A stretch of 64,000 nucleotides of DNA. Source: Eremomyces bilateralis CBS 781.70 (Eukaryota). The notes beneath the pieces are model-generated. The model saw only the letters and a list, made by a program, of their open reading frames with translations, had not been told where the DNA came from and ran no database searches. Made by a program: the position numbers and the translations under genes. The stretch lies in assembly GCA_010015585.1 (NCBI GenBank), contig ML975152.1. The stretch is one strand, 5' to 3'. Shown here piece by piece: positions 24,549 to 37,630 of this stretch; the first letter of the stretch is position 1; each line of letters begins with the position of its first letter.

Positions 24549-24910
24549 ATTGCAATCGGATCAAGGTTGCTATGCGGCCGGTTTCTACGTCGGTTGATAA
24601 CTCGTCTTCATCACGAGCTTCTGCTTCAAGGACAGGTATGGAAATAAACCCCCGGTTCCTGATTTACTGTCTGACAATGGATGCTGAATATATGACAGAT
24701 AAATACCTGTCAACTCGATAAGCCATCCCTGGATGTGGTCCACAACGCCTTACTTGATAAACAACAAGCATGCGCGCATGCCAACGCGATAGGACAACCG
24801 ATCCTTAAACACCTTGCTGGGTTCGACTCCTGCCAAAATCCGGGCTGATCATGATCATCAACGCTATGACCTCAGTGCGGTGGACAAACGTCCCTCCCGC
24901 TCCCAAGGCC

Positions 24911-25495
24911 TCAAGCAAACAATAGTCCCCCAAGCATCATCCCCACGGCTCCCGCTTCCCCCACTAGCCACCCCTGCTTATCAATAGAATCCCCATCCGA
25001 TTGCTGCGGCAAGCTTGTCCTCACCACCCCGATCTGGCCCGTCAATGTGCCCATCCCAATCGACCCCCCTTCCGCGGGTCCCGGCCACTGGTCGGGCACG
25101 GCGGCAAACGTCTGTGTGAACACGACGGGCACCCACGTCTTCTGGCCGTTCACCAGGGTGGTCTCCAGCCAGTCGGTCGTCTCCGTCGGATACTGGGAGG
25201 CCGTCGGCAGGGCGGTGACGGGAGCGTCGACGACGGCGGGGTCGGGGTTGGGGTTGGGCTCGGGGTCGGGGGACCGGCGACTGGAGGGAGGTTAGCCGTT
25301 GGGAATTGATGATGCTCGTTCGGAGATCCCAGGATGCAGGACGTACTCGAGGCTGCCAACTCCTAGTTCCAGAACGGTTGGCTCAGGAAGGGGCAGGTCC
25401 GCCAACTCCGATGATATTGCACCGTCGGACCCGAACCATTGGAACGCATTCGCGCTCCCGAGCGAGAGAAGGAGAAGAATGTATCCGCGCCACAT
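24911..25495 (-). CDS. Secreted, probably GPI-anchored Kre1-like cell-wall protein, 2 exons
   Basis: Signal peptide MWRGYILLLLSLGSANA; intron 25281-25346; TWVPVVFTQTFAAVPDQW..GSIGMGTLTGQIGVV resembles the Kre1 conserved motif; hydrophobic C-terminus. Confidence 0.72.
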
Positions 25496-27137
25496 GATTT
25501 TCGAGCTCGTTTTTAGGGCCAACCAGGTCGAGTAACGGACGTTCAACTGTTCAAGGATATCGCAGAGATTTAAGACCAGACCAGGCGGAAATTCTTCGGA
25601 ATGATCGCATAGACCCTCGATGAGTTTCACCGTGGCGGTTGGAGCCGTTGGAGCCATTGGATGTGGATTCTAGAGGCTAGATACCCACCCGTCTAACCAA
25701 GACGCGATGGTTCGCATAGGTCCCGAAAAGTGGTTATCATCTGGGAAATTATAGGATATGGAGGGCGTGGATTGGAGAGAACCCTTTCGATTACTAAGGA
25801 CTAGGCTCGCAAGATGGAATTTAAAATTGCTGGTGGATATTCGGGAGTTCTCAAGGAAAGGGAGTTTGCAAATACCAACAAAACAGATTTGAAAGGGGAC
25901 GCCAGGAGCGACCGGACGAGAGCGGACGCGGAATGCCTACATGAAACTGAATGAATGACATTGAGGAAACGAGATGAATCAATTCTAGCGCATCATACAA
26001 TACTCTCACAATACAGGAACAGCTTCACTTGGTACGCTAGCAGAAGAAGGCCACTGAGACGTGGATTTGCTGCAACGCCGTTGGCAACAAACAGAACTGA
26101 AGAAGACGATGTGGGTTTCCACAGATTCTGCTGCCATCTCGCATCTTGCACCACCAAACGAAGGACTGTGGAATGAAGGTGGAAGCAATTGAAGTAAGGA
26201 TACGGATTGCTGTGAGTCTGTCGGTCGGTCGGGAGTGGGTTGAACTTGCTCAATTTTGCAGTCCGATTCCGTGCGATGCGAAATTCCGCTAGCTTTCCAC
26301 CAGCAGGGAATCAATCTCGTGATCGACAACAAAAATAAGAATCCCGATAACAAAACAAATGGGGCGCCCTTTTGCTGCGCCAGGTCTCTAGCCGCGTGGG
26401 ATGTGGAGGTCGATATTGAATCCAAGTCTCATCGCCGTGCTCCCTGGTCGAGATTCAGTGTATCTCATGGTATATACCATATCATCAAGGAGATGAGATA
26501 TAGTGGTGCATCTAATCGTCTCCCTTTGAACACGTTAGTTAAATCACGTGTCGCAACACCTTCGAGGTCTAGGAGCAACAGATGGGTCTGTCGAGCACTG
26601 GGGGAAATTCGCAATGCCAACACATCCGTACAGATTCTTACACCGATTGCTTGGGGGCTATGTGGTCTGGGGTGAAGTTAATACCATGTGCGGGAACAGT
26701 AACGGTCTCTCTCAGAATAGCCAACTTGTCGCAACGATATGATAGGGTGAATGGTCCAAAAGGCCGTGGCCTAATCAAAGCCCTTGACTTAGAAATGGCT
26801 TCTTCCAATATCACTCGAACATCGACGGCATGGCCGCCTTCACCACGAAGCAGACGGTAATACGAACATGGTCCATTACCCCTCGTCGGTATTAACCTTA
26901 ATCGTCGCGCCGAAAAACGGCAAAGAATCTAATATCAACAAGAATAATAAAGGCCATACAGCGGCCAGGAATCCCTCCCTCCTGCGCATGAAGCACTTGG
27001 TGAGACTCACAAATATCATAGCCGATCCGAACATGAGAATCATGCATGCACCTCCAACGCCACTAGAATGCAGGCACGCACTAGTTGAACTCCGAACGAT
27101 GGCCCGTAAACAGCACAACAAATCCATCAAACGAAAA

Positions 27138-28362
27138 TCAACAAGTGGAAAACACCACCGCGGAGAAGATCGCGACGCTCCACAAGCTCCAACCGACCGG
27201 CGACCTCCGTCCTGCGGCCGACGTCAAAAACGTCGTCTGCGCGCCGGTGTCACCGCCCTGGGAGGCATCCGGCGGCGGGGTGTTCTGATCGGGGATGCCG
27301 CAGATCTTCGACACGTCGCCCGGATCCGGACACCGCTTGTCGAACTGGCTTCCGGCGTCGGGGTTCGAGGAGTTGAAGTACGCCTTCACGTAGCTGACGG
27401 TCATGGTCGAGTCGGCGGTAGGGGGGCCGCCGGACCATTTCGGGTCGCCGTTGGACCAGTGGTTGAGGACGAGGTGGCCGGGGCTGTCGGGGACGTCGAC
27501 GGTCAGCTCGTAGAGTTTCTGGTTGTCGGCGTAGTAGGTGATCAGGCCGGGGCTCCAGTCGAAGCGGTACTCGTGGAAGCCTTCGTAGGGCTTGAACGGA
27601 AGGTTGTAGGTCTTGAATCCGGGAGTTCCACTTGCGTCGAAGCCGGCGTCAGCGGAGGCGGGAGATTGGCTGATGAGGTTGATGAGGTTCGAGGTCTCGT
27701 TGAATTCTCTCGTGAGGAATTCAATGTCGATCTCCTGGGTATCATTATGGTACTGGGTGCGACTGGTTAGTTGTGTCGAACGACGGCCGCCGTCGCATCC
27801 ATTGAGTCACTTACAAAGAAAAATGCCGCGCACGACCCAGGGATGTCATTAATCTTCATCGATACTCGGAACGAACCGTAGAGCATATCATCCCGGATGC
27901 CTACGATTTCCGCCATGGGAATGGCATCACCCTTCAACTGGCTGCGCACCAGGAGCTGCGCGCCGGCGTCGCCCCCGTTCGCGCCCTCGCCGGTCCAGGT
28001 CTTGTTGTCCTTGAGCGGATTGGCGATGACGTTCTCCAGCGCTGCGTCCTTCCCAAAGGTGCCGCGGGCTTTCTCCGACGGGACAGTGTAGACCTGGGGT
28101 CGCCAGCCCATGTCGCCGTTGATTTTTGGGGCATGGAGGAAGTCGGTTTCGAAGGCGTCGGTCCACACCTGCCTGCTTGTGATGCCGGCGGTGGAGGTGG
28201 AGTTATAGTAGTAACCGCATTCGCATGCGGCAGATGCTGTGACACGCGTTAGCGACGGGTCGGGGAATAGAGGGCGATCCGATGCGGGGAGAGGAGCGTA
28301 CCCAAAGTTGCGAGACATGCCGCGAGGACGAGGCCTCTTCCACATTGAAGTGATTGCCTCAT
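27138..28362 (-). CDS. Glycoside hydrolase family 16 protein, secreted/GPI-like, 3 exons
   Basis: Signal MRQSLQCGRGLVLAACLATLASA then ACECGY; LYGSFRVSMK..GSCAAFFF; catalytic QEIDIEFL; FHEYRFDW; LNHWSNGDPKWSGGPP; hydrophobic tail. Confidence 0.9.
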
Positions 28363-31334
28363 GAGGTCATTCGGAGAAAAAAAATGAGGAGATGAGACGA
28401 AAAACGATTGACAGGGAAGATAAATGTATAGTCGGATGAAACGAGCGAAGTGAATGGAACCGAGCGGCGCAAATGGTGGACTCGGGATTTTTCGACCGCG
28501 TTCCCAGCGAGAACGGTATGACGGTACGGTAATGGACGTAATCGACTGGTCGTATGCTCCTGAGTCCTGTCGTGTGGCACCAGCGACAAGCTGAGAAGGG
28601 AATCTTGGGAGAAGGACGGATTTCCGAACGAGGGACTGGAGAAGCTGGAGTCGGGAGGACCTTGGACTTTGGAGCAGTACCCAAAGAATCAACTCTGGTC
28701 TTCTGGGGAAATGTTCCGTACAACAACAACAACAGCGAACAGGAGTACAATACTGGGTACAAGGGGAGGGGAAACACAAGGAAATAGATGAAGATCGCTA
28801 ATGACCCGCAAGAACGGACAGGATGATCGAATTGGAGAAACGAGCGAATGGGGGATTATTCACGGATTGCGGGAGATGCGGGAGTTGCAGGTTGCATTAA
28901 GCCGCTAGTTAGGTGAAGATTTGAGCAGTTTAAGCCGCTAACTTAGACCGATCCCCTTGACGGGCTTGAACACCGGTAACATCGGTACTAAGATCGGCTG
29001 CCATGTATACTAATTGCTACTGTACCATGTACTATGTATGTAATGCCAACTGTTCTCGGTCCACGAGGTGCTGGAATTGGACATGCTAGCAAAGAAAATT
29101 GTGGCAAGCCAGTCAACCTCTTTTAGAATCCTTTGTATCGTCACCCATTTTTGGAAGCCTGCGTAACTACCGCTACGACTTAGTTACTAATTCTGTCAGT
29201 CGTCGACGATCTGGACTGGTCTTACGGTGATGTTCACCATTTCACTTGGCCCTGAGGTGGATGGACAATTGGACATCGTCTTCGGATGGCCGATCTCCTC
29301 GACGACTCGACCTGACTCGACCCCCTCCTCGGAGCGGGATCCTCCTACCCCAGGAATCAGCATGAAGTTTAGTTTAGAAATACGGGAGAAGCGCAATATC
29401 CGGCCTTCCAGGGGACAATCGACGTTGGCAGGCATGGATCGCGGCGACATCCAGGCGCAAGCCACAGCCGAGCACGGTCCAATTCGCGAAGAAAGGTTCG
29501 AAGACCAACGGCCAACGGGAGGATGCAGAGACGAAGGACGGCCCAATGGAGGATTGGTGGATGAGCCGCTTCATCCGTACAGGAAAGAATGGGATAGTCG
29601 ATCATGCGATCCTGATGTCTGATGGCTAGCCCTTAGGAGTCATATTATTGTCGTACTAGATTGCTAGTACCGGGTCACAGAGTGTTAAGTAAGGAGGACT
29701 TTAACGGAAGCGTTTTACCGTTAATACAGCACATATTCACAAGGGGATGACAGACATGCAATTTTAGCATGCTTGTCAGTTGTCAAAGAGGCGGATGAAA
29801 TATGGCGTCTTTTAACTGATTAACTCTCATGCATCATGCAAGGAACGGCTGTTGCTGCCGCCCGCCCGATTTGCACCCGTCTGATCTGGAGTCAAGACTG
29901 AAGAGTTTCAGACGGGACGGTTCACATATCACGATTCCATTCGACCATTCTGAACATCACCACATCAATTGTAGTTTCTTCGCGTTGACAACCTCCTGGT
30001 GGGCTTGCCAGTGCCCGTCTTCCTTACCGATCCCATCATCCATCCCAACCTCTCGCCTCTCGTCATCGACCTACCTCGACCGAGGTACCTTAAGGGGCTA
30101 CACGCCCCGATGCAACGCCATGAAATTATGAACACCCTCATCCAAGACAATCCAGGACATGAAACCCGAATCGACCATTCGACCGTTGGAAGAAATTGGA
30201 ATGAGATGATCCAGGGGACGGCCTGTGCGTGCCGGCCAATCGCGCGCGCTGATGCATACCATCGTTACCAGGTACATACAACACAGGGACGCCGTACCGA
30301 GATGTCAACCTGGATGGCCAGGACTCCCTAACTATGCATTATGATTCTCATCCTGGGGCCAATGGCGATTTTTCCACCTTCCATTCATAGCGAACAGCAT
30401 GCGATCGCCGATCGGTGATATCAATTATCTATAGAAGTCATGGAACGGTGTTGCTGGAAAAGCCAGATTGGCTTTTGGCTCGTGAGAATTGGGAAATATG
30501 CGGAGGCTTGAGGATGTGGGAGAGGCGCTTGTCCGCTTCGGACCTCAGTTCTGGTTGCTATTGTTAAACAAACGAAAGGCATGGCTCGGCGGTTGACGAC
30601 GTCCGACGAGCTCTTGGAATTTGGAAATTTAGTCCTATTTAGTATTTAGCAATTGCCAACTCTGGCACGCTACTACTACATAGTATGTAAGCGTTGAAGA
30701 TCCTTAGCTCATAGGAGTTAGGGAGCGCTGGATTTGGCAACGCGTCGCGCTTCTGAGTTCTGTACTTCACCACTTCTCCAATAGTCGTGGGGATTGGGAA
30801 GACCGCAAGGGGTTTGGGTGGAAGATCATGCGATTAGGTCGGCTCTGCTCTGCTGTACGACAGTAGCAGATTCTGCTCCACACTTCACGGACCATCACTC
30901 CTCAGGACTTAGTTTAGTGCACTAACATCATAACATGTGATGGGTCATTGGCAAGTTCAAGCGATTTCGCCAACTTCACATTTGCAGTTTGCTAGATATG
31001 TGCCTCGCTCGGAGAATCAGACGCCAGCCCCTCCTCCTTGAACACAGATCGTCGAACCATAATAAAGTTGCCATGACGTTAGATTTGACCGTAAAAGACC
31101 TTCTCCGTACTCGCACATTGCAAAGGACTCGTGATTCCCGGACGCCGGTGGCCGCCGCTCTATAAAGAAAAGAACATTCGTGGTAAACACGCAATGGTGG
31201 CGACGTGGTGTCGTAACGATTCCGTTCATCCCAACCGAACACAAGCGTCGCCATCATCCGAGTGAAATGGAATTGGACCCGGTCCGCGGACATCGTAATC
31301 ATGCCAATCGCCAACGCCTCGACGTGGGCACCTT

Positions 31335-34300
31335 TTAAAGGAAGCCCGACTCCGTCAATAGCCTATGGAGAGACGATCAGTTAGCGTGGATCTACCGAAG
31401 CGCTGTCAACAATTCGTGGTGCATTCGCAACTCCCTCCCTCTTTCGCGACGACATCCAGACCCCGCCACCACCGCCACATGTGCACACAACGCAATCGAC
31501 AACAAAGCCAACAGCAAGACGGCAGGTGTAAGAAACGGGGCCAAACCGACTTTGACGGGCAAAAACGGAAGTGGTCATCGGTTTATTCTCACAGTGTATA
31601 AGGAAGACTGCTGCTTTAGGGTTTCTCGGCTCTTTGGGTGAATGGATGGGGTGGATGGATGGTGGTGGCATCTCTTATACATGTTTCGACACCCCCAACC
31701 CCCAACTCAAATGGCAAAAGCAGGCATAGACGATCCTACATACCGGGCGATCTTCTCATCCTCCCGCTCGCGCGGCTCCACCACCAAGCTCCGCTCGTAC
31801 ATCTCGTGCACGTCCCCAGCCGTCTCCATGTTGTTCAGGATGTACTCCTGCAGCTCCGGCACCGGCTGCAGCGCGTACGGCACGTTCTGGTAGTCCTGGA
31901 TGTCGCGGATCACCTCCGCCGTCTTCGCCCGTTTCGCGAAGTTGATGAGGTTCGTCTTCTTGATCGTGGAGGGGATGCCGTCTTCTATAAAGGTCAGGTC
32001 CGTGAGGTAGACGCCTGTGCAACAGGGTTAGCGGAGCAATAGTAGTTTGTAGGACGGGATTCCAAACCGAAGAAGGGGATGCACGGCGGGTTCGCGCGGT
32101 GCAGCGTTTCGCGGTACTCCGCGAAGTTCTTGGTGCTGCCCATGGTTTTGCGCATGGACTCGAGCGTCTGCATCGTTTTGGCGCTGACACTCTGCCACGT
32201 CCGTTGCAAGCGATGGATGGGCGCGGTGCCAAGGGCGGAGATGATGGACGTGAGCATCGAGAAGTTATTGAGCGATCGGCATTTCTGGGGCGGTTAGTTT
32301 TTGGGATGGCGCGTTCGTGCGCGGGACTCACATCGGCGATGTTCACAAAGTGCTTGATCACGATAACCCGTCGACGCACGTCTTGCTGGTTCAAGATCAT
32401 CTGCGCCACCCAGTTCGTCAGTTGATTCGAGTGCAGGATCAGCGCTTTCACGTTCGGAGCCGGGTCGTTCTCGCCGGCTTCGATCTTCTTATGCAACGTC
32501 TTGCTCAAGCACTCCGTCGGCTTGATCTTCCCGTACAGCCGCGACTCGATGATGGTCAGCTGGCGCGCGAACTCGGTGGGGTCGATGTCGAGGAACTTGA
32601 GCTTCTTCATGTTCTTAGGGATGATCGGCTGCGGCGTCTGCGCGTTCAGCGTCAGTACCATCTTCTTGTTCGGGATCTCCTGGCCGCGCATGCGCTGGTC
32701 GATCGACGCCATCAGTGGGCCGGCGCCGGGGGTGTTTGTCTTCACCACTTCTTCGCTGGCGAACTGATACGCTCGCTGCGTGAGCGCCCGGGCTTCGTCG
32801 TCGTTACTCTCCATCCAGTAGGTGTCGAACCAGCTCTTGAGGATGTTCACCACGCGGAACCGGATCGGTCGCTGCTTCTTGTCGATCCAGGTCTGTTGGT
32901 CTTCGTTGGAGATGCCGAACGGCGGTTGGATGGTCCACCGCTTCATCAGCATCTCGAACAGTTCCGTCGCGGTCGTGAACGATCGATAGGTCAGGAGGAA
33001 AGTTGCGTTGAACGGTGAGTCGAGACGGTCGTGCCGCGTGAGTTGTTCGACCAACCCTTGCAATGTCCCTCCGCGCAATTGCGGCGGCGTGACCTTGGTA
33101 TCGTAGACAATGTCGCGCTCGTAATCAAGGCGTAAAAAGTCCGGCACATCTTCCGGCGGAGGGCCCCCAACGTTTGGTGGAGGCTTCTCCCCAAGGATCC
33201 GCTCGAGCTTGTCCTTGTTGCCGTTCCTCATCGTGTCGACGTAGTCCATCGCATCTCCGTAGGTCATGGAGGGACCAAGCTCCGCAATCGAAGGCCGCTG
33301 ACCCATTCTGGATTGGGATTGCGCCGCATTGTCGAACCCGGAGGGTTCTCCTACTCGAATATCCCGATTGGGTTGATCCGCCATCGGAATCAGCTCCGAG
33401 AGTCGTTGCAATTGTAATGTCAAATGGGACATGCTCATCTCCAAATCCTTCGAGCTCGATCGCACGTAGAGCAACCGGTTTTCCAACGAGTCGCCCCTGG
33501 ATTCCGACCATTCATCGCCGAGCGGCGAGGCGACAGCCTGACACGCCATCAGGAGCTCCGATGTGCTGTCGTAGACGCGCTGTTTGGCAACGTTGAGCTC
33601 CATGAACTCATGCTGCCGTCGTTCCTGATGGAGCGGCGACAGGTTGATGGACTCCACGGTGGAAAGCCAAGGCCGGCATGACTCAAGCACCTTCAAGCCG
33701 GCCCGACAGACGTTATCCCCAATGACCTGGTGTCTGGTGGGAGAAACGGTCATCTCGCGCACACTCAACGCTTCGTCGAGCCTCCGCAGGTTGGAGACGA
33801 AGATCTTTCGCAAATCTTCCAGTCGTTCCAGCAGCTTCCCATCTAGCCGTGTGGATGGCTCGACGGACGGGTCATATTCCTCGGAATCGCCGAAGAGCGT
33901 GGTCACCGAGCTGTCCCGCGGGGACAGGCCATGCTGCTGCCAATTGCCACCGATGTGGCTGTTGCTCACGAAGCCGGGGATGAGACGGGGGATATCTTCT
34001 CCTCGCTGCTGTCTTGCCACTTCCACAAAACCGTAGACGCCGTTCAGCACGCCTTCCGCTTCTTTCAAGCATTTGGCATACGAATCGGGAGGCGGCCAGT
34101 CCGCAGCGGCGATATGTGATGAGAGCACCAGCTTCGAGAACCGAGACATCGTGACCCGGAAATGCGGATAGAGAGCCTTGTTCGTGCTGATAATGGACGG
34201 ATTCCCGGAGTGATTGTCCGTCGTGCCCGAGCCCGCGACCAGCAGGAGCCGCAAGTGGTCCGAGATGTCTTCCGCCCGCTTCACGAACTCGGCCCGATCG

Positions 34301-35326
34301 CTGTTGTTGATCGCCTGCCGATACCGCTCGATCGCCCGTCGCATGTCTTCCAGCATCTTGTTCCAGGTCAAGGGGATGGCGTAGGAGTCGTCGAAGAGCT
34401 TCCGCGGGATGGCGGGGAGCGTTTCCGGGGCCGCGGGGCTGTTGATGAACGAATTCGAGGTCCCGATCGGGGGCATGGCGGACTGCACGACCGAGAAACT
34501 GCTGTTGTGCGGTAAGTTGAAATCGTTGCGTGTCCGATTGGCCATGGCCGGGTGTCGGAGCGAATCCGTAGATGCGGAGGGGGACAATTCCTCCGTAGCA
34601 AACGAGCTGCCCTTCCGGCCCTGCATGCGACATTAGTCCTGTATTGGGCTTCAGTATGATTATCGCGGTACTAACATGATGCGCCATTTCTTCCGCTTCA
34701 GACGCGGAGTTCTCGTAATCCGCATCGTCCTCTGCCCTCTCATACCCTCCCGCCATGAGCTCGGGGGGTGGACGAGTTTGATCGGGGATTTGGACATGGT
34801 GACGGTCACGCGGCCCGGTTTCGGAGGAGGATGTCGGATTCTCCAGCGGGAGCTCCATGGTGCTGACGCCCGTGAGGGTATTGTAATAGAACAGTCGACC
34901 ATCCGGGGTTGCCTGGGGGATCCAGAACGCCGCCTCTTCCTGGTCCTTATCGTCCCCACCTTCGATGGGGAGCGTCGTATCGCGATCTTTCAGATTGCCA
35001 TCGGATTCGGCGTCGTCGTACCCATCCTCGCTGAACTCCTCCCTGGTCTCCTCATCGATGTCGCCATCGTCGCCGCCATCCGCGTGGCCGTGTTCATCGA
35101 CGAAATCCATGGGAAGTCGGCTGACGACGGCGCAGTAGTTGCTGGGAAACCATCCTCGCACCTCATTGACGACGCCATCCCACCACCCACTCTCCAGCTG
35201 TGTAATGACCTGGATGATATCGCCTTGTCGGAAGCTCAAGCTCGTCCGATCGTCGGCATCGTAGTCATAGAGGGCCCTCACGTACATGGTCCCAGGGGGG
35301 GCCGCGGCGCCGGCATATCCATTCAT
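31335..35326 (-). CDS. CDC25: Ras guanine-nucleotide exchange factor, Cdc25-type (SH3-WW-RasGEF_N-RasGEF)
   Basis: SH3 YVRALYDY..GWWDG..GWFPSNY; WW FWIPQATPDGRLFYYN; REM GGTLQGLVEQLT..FLLTYRSF; GEF EFARQLT, PCIPFFGVYLTDL, INFAKR. The last exon RLLTESGFL* follows a 381-nt intron (31363-31743). Confidence 0.93.
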
Positions 35327-35933
35327 GATTGCGTCTCCGCGCGTTCAACCCGACGTTCGGTGCCCCTAATAGAACCGAGCTGCACAGCAACAACGGAAAA
35401 AAAAATGGTGCACAATATGTGTTTCTTGGAACCGGACTGGTCCTTTGTTTTGAGGGAGGGTTAACCGCCGGGCGGGGGCTCGACCGCTGGATCGGTAGCT
35501 CGTAGAGTATTGGGTACCGGTACCCAGACACTAGACGAGGGGATGGTATCCGAACGGGTGTACAACCGTCCGTCCGATGGTGAGATCGGGGTTGTCGGAA
35601 GCTTCGAGGTCCTCAGATTCCGATTGCGCGATGGAACATGGCGTCAGGTCGGGGTGGCATGGACGGGACAACTGAAGCGGAGAACGGAACAGGTCTCGTC
35701 GGAGGAGCGGATTGGAAGGGGTGGAAGAGCGGAAGCTTGTGGTTGGGCTAGGTTCACGGGACCAGTGAATTGGAGGTCGTCACGGGGGTAGCAGGTGTCG
35801 GTAATGTGCTAAAATGTGTAATCCGAGGAGGAGGGATAGAAGAATCCAGCAGCGATGGTGGCACAGGAAGTGAGATTCTGTCAAGAGTGAGTGAGATGAG
35901 AGAGAGGGTGAGAATGGTGGGTTGCAAACAATT

Positions 35934-35985
35934 GGAGTGGTGTGTGGTGCTGGTGTGTGCCTGTGTGGTGTGTGGTGTGTGGTGG
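35934..35985. repeat. TG-rich low-complexity tract (TGGTGTG-like units)
   Basis: ...GTGGTGTGTGGTGCTGGTGTGTGCCTGTGTGGTGTGTGGTGTGTGGTGG upstream of the RasGEF gene. Confidence 0.6.
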
Positions 35986-36672
35986 AGGCGGGGGTTGCTC
36001 AGGTGGTGGGCGGTGATTGGGGGTTTGGGCGGCCGAAGACTGGACTCTGGACTCTGGAGGAGAGAGATCAGAGAAGCGGGAGTGCGGGACAAGCTTCCCG
36101 TCGTTACAGCTTTGCTTCTGGACTCAGGACAGTGGACCCTTTCTTCCTTTCTTCCTGCCGACTCAATAGGGAACGTTATGTACTGTAGTGATTGGGCAAT
36201 CCGACCAAAAGAGGATGTATAGGGTTAGATCTCCAGCCCACCGAGAGGGATGATAGAATCGGGCTACATCAATCATGAAAACTCCCGAGGGAATCTTAAG
36301 GTATTGTTATAGATGGAAAAAAGAACAGGAGGAAAACAGAGAAAGGAACACCGAGGAAGCTCCCTTCCACGAGCCATTGATCCCTCACTGTCCACTGATA
36401 ATCCCCCGTTGATGGTCACAACTCCTCCTCCTCCACCAGTTCACTTGGCTGCACCACCCATACCAGCCATACGCCGCAGCTTGATGATGTGCTCGGTGCT
36501 CCGGATCGACGGTGGTAATTATTCCATATCGCCAGTACTCACTCCTCACTCCTCAGGGACTCGTTAGTCCTTACGTTTCCCCGACTCCCCATGATTCCTC
36601 CTCCCCTGATCCCTCCTCTCCACAATCACCCAGAAACAACACCCGACCAGCCTCTTCCAAATCCTCGCGTTT

Positions 36673-36699
36673 TCTGGAACCTCTGGAACCTCTGGAACC
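36673..36699. repeat. Perfect tandem repeat (TCTGGAACC)x3
   Basis: Read directly from the sequence. Confidence 0.85.
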
Positions 36700-37630
36700 T
36701 CGAGAACCCATGCCCCCTCTCACGGAACCTGGGGCAGCCCTGTACCAAGCGGCCCCTCGGTCGGTACATGCTGCGTTGCAATACAGTCATACATGATAGG
36801 TACAACCAGGTACTAGAGCTACCACACTCGGGATCCCACCACCAAAGTACATGATACTAATCTCATCGCGTCAATATCAATCCCCATATGGCCGAACGCG
36901 CCTATCAGACACCGCCTCCTGGATATTGCACGATGCACGCGCTCCGACGGCCGTTCCCCAAATTGCCTCCTGAGGCCTCGGAAGGAAGGAAACCCTCTCG
37001 TTGCCCATCCATCCTCTGTCCATCGGTGCCCCGGAACTCAGACGTTGCGGAGATTCCGAGACATTTTCAAACCGTGACGAGGGACGACGCGGCGCTGACA
37101 GGATTGCAACCGAGCGAGGAGCGACCGGGGGGGATAACTGTAATACTGAGAATGTGATTTGAGAGGGCTATTCGAGACATGTTCATGCATATCGCATGCC
37201 CCTAACCAGCCATCCGCTTCTCGCCAGTCTCCACGAAACCGACAAGAAAAGCGCCCGGCTAATATTCAATCCCGCATTCCGCAACGGTGCTAGCGCCAAT
37301 TAACCCCCCAAGTCCACAACATCCTGACCACCATGCGATGCTCGTGCTCTCCTCTTGAGTCTCGGCTCGAGAAAACCGCTCGTGCTACGTTGGCTTTTTT
37401 TTGTGGAGTGGAGACTGGAGTTAATTGGGAGATCGACGCGTCGTCGGCTTTGGTAGGTAGTTTGTGGGGTAAGGGGTTAGAAACGCTTCAATCTTCATAT
37501 GAGATCAACGGTAACGCATCACGGAATCCACACCCATGTCTGGGGCCTTGCTCGTAGAAACGACTCCCTCGACCTCGTTCCAGCAGCCACTCTCTCCCCG
37601 CCCGCTACGACGTACGAACCCTCGATGTAT

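Noticed and set aside
24815..24835. GGTTCGACTCC B-box / tRNA-like motif
   Set aside because: No proper T-stem, D arm or acceptor stem can be formed.
26868..27770. 300-aa plus-strand ORF and similar long antisense ORFs (1872-2489, 32317-33018, 34676-35464)
   Set aside because: Antisense shadows of GC3-rich real genes (GH16, TauD, RasGEF), with no motifs of their own.
28400..31300. 2.9-kb gene-free interval examined for hidden genes or ncRNA
   Set aside because: Only short ORFs and an 11-nt direct repeat (TTAAGCCGCTA x2); nothing recognisable.
36215..36232. TAGGGTTAG as a possible telomerase RNA template near POT1
   Set aside because: A single 9-mer is expected by chance, and no pseudoknot or other TER element was recognised.
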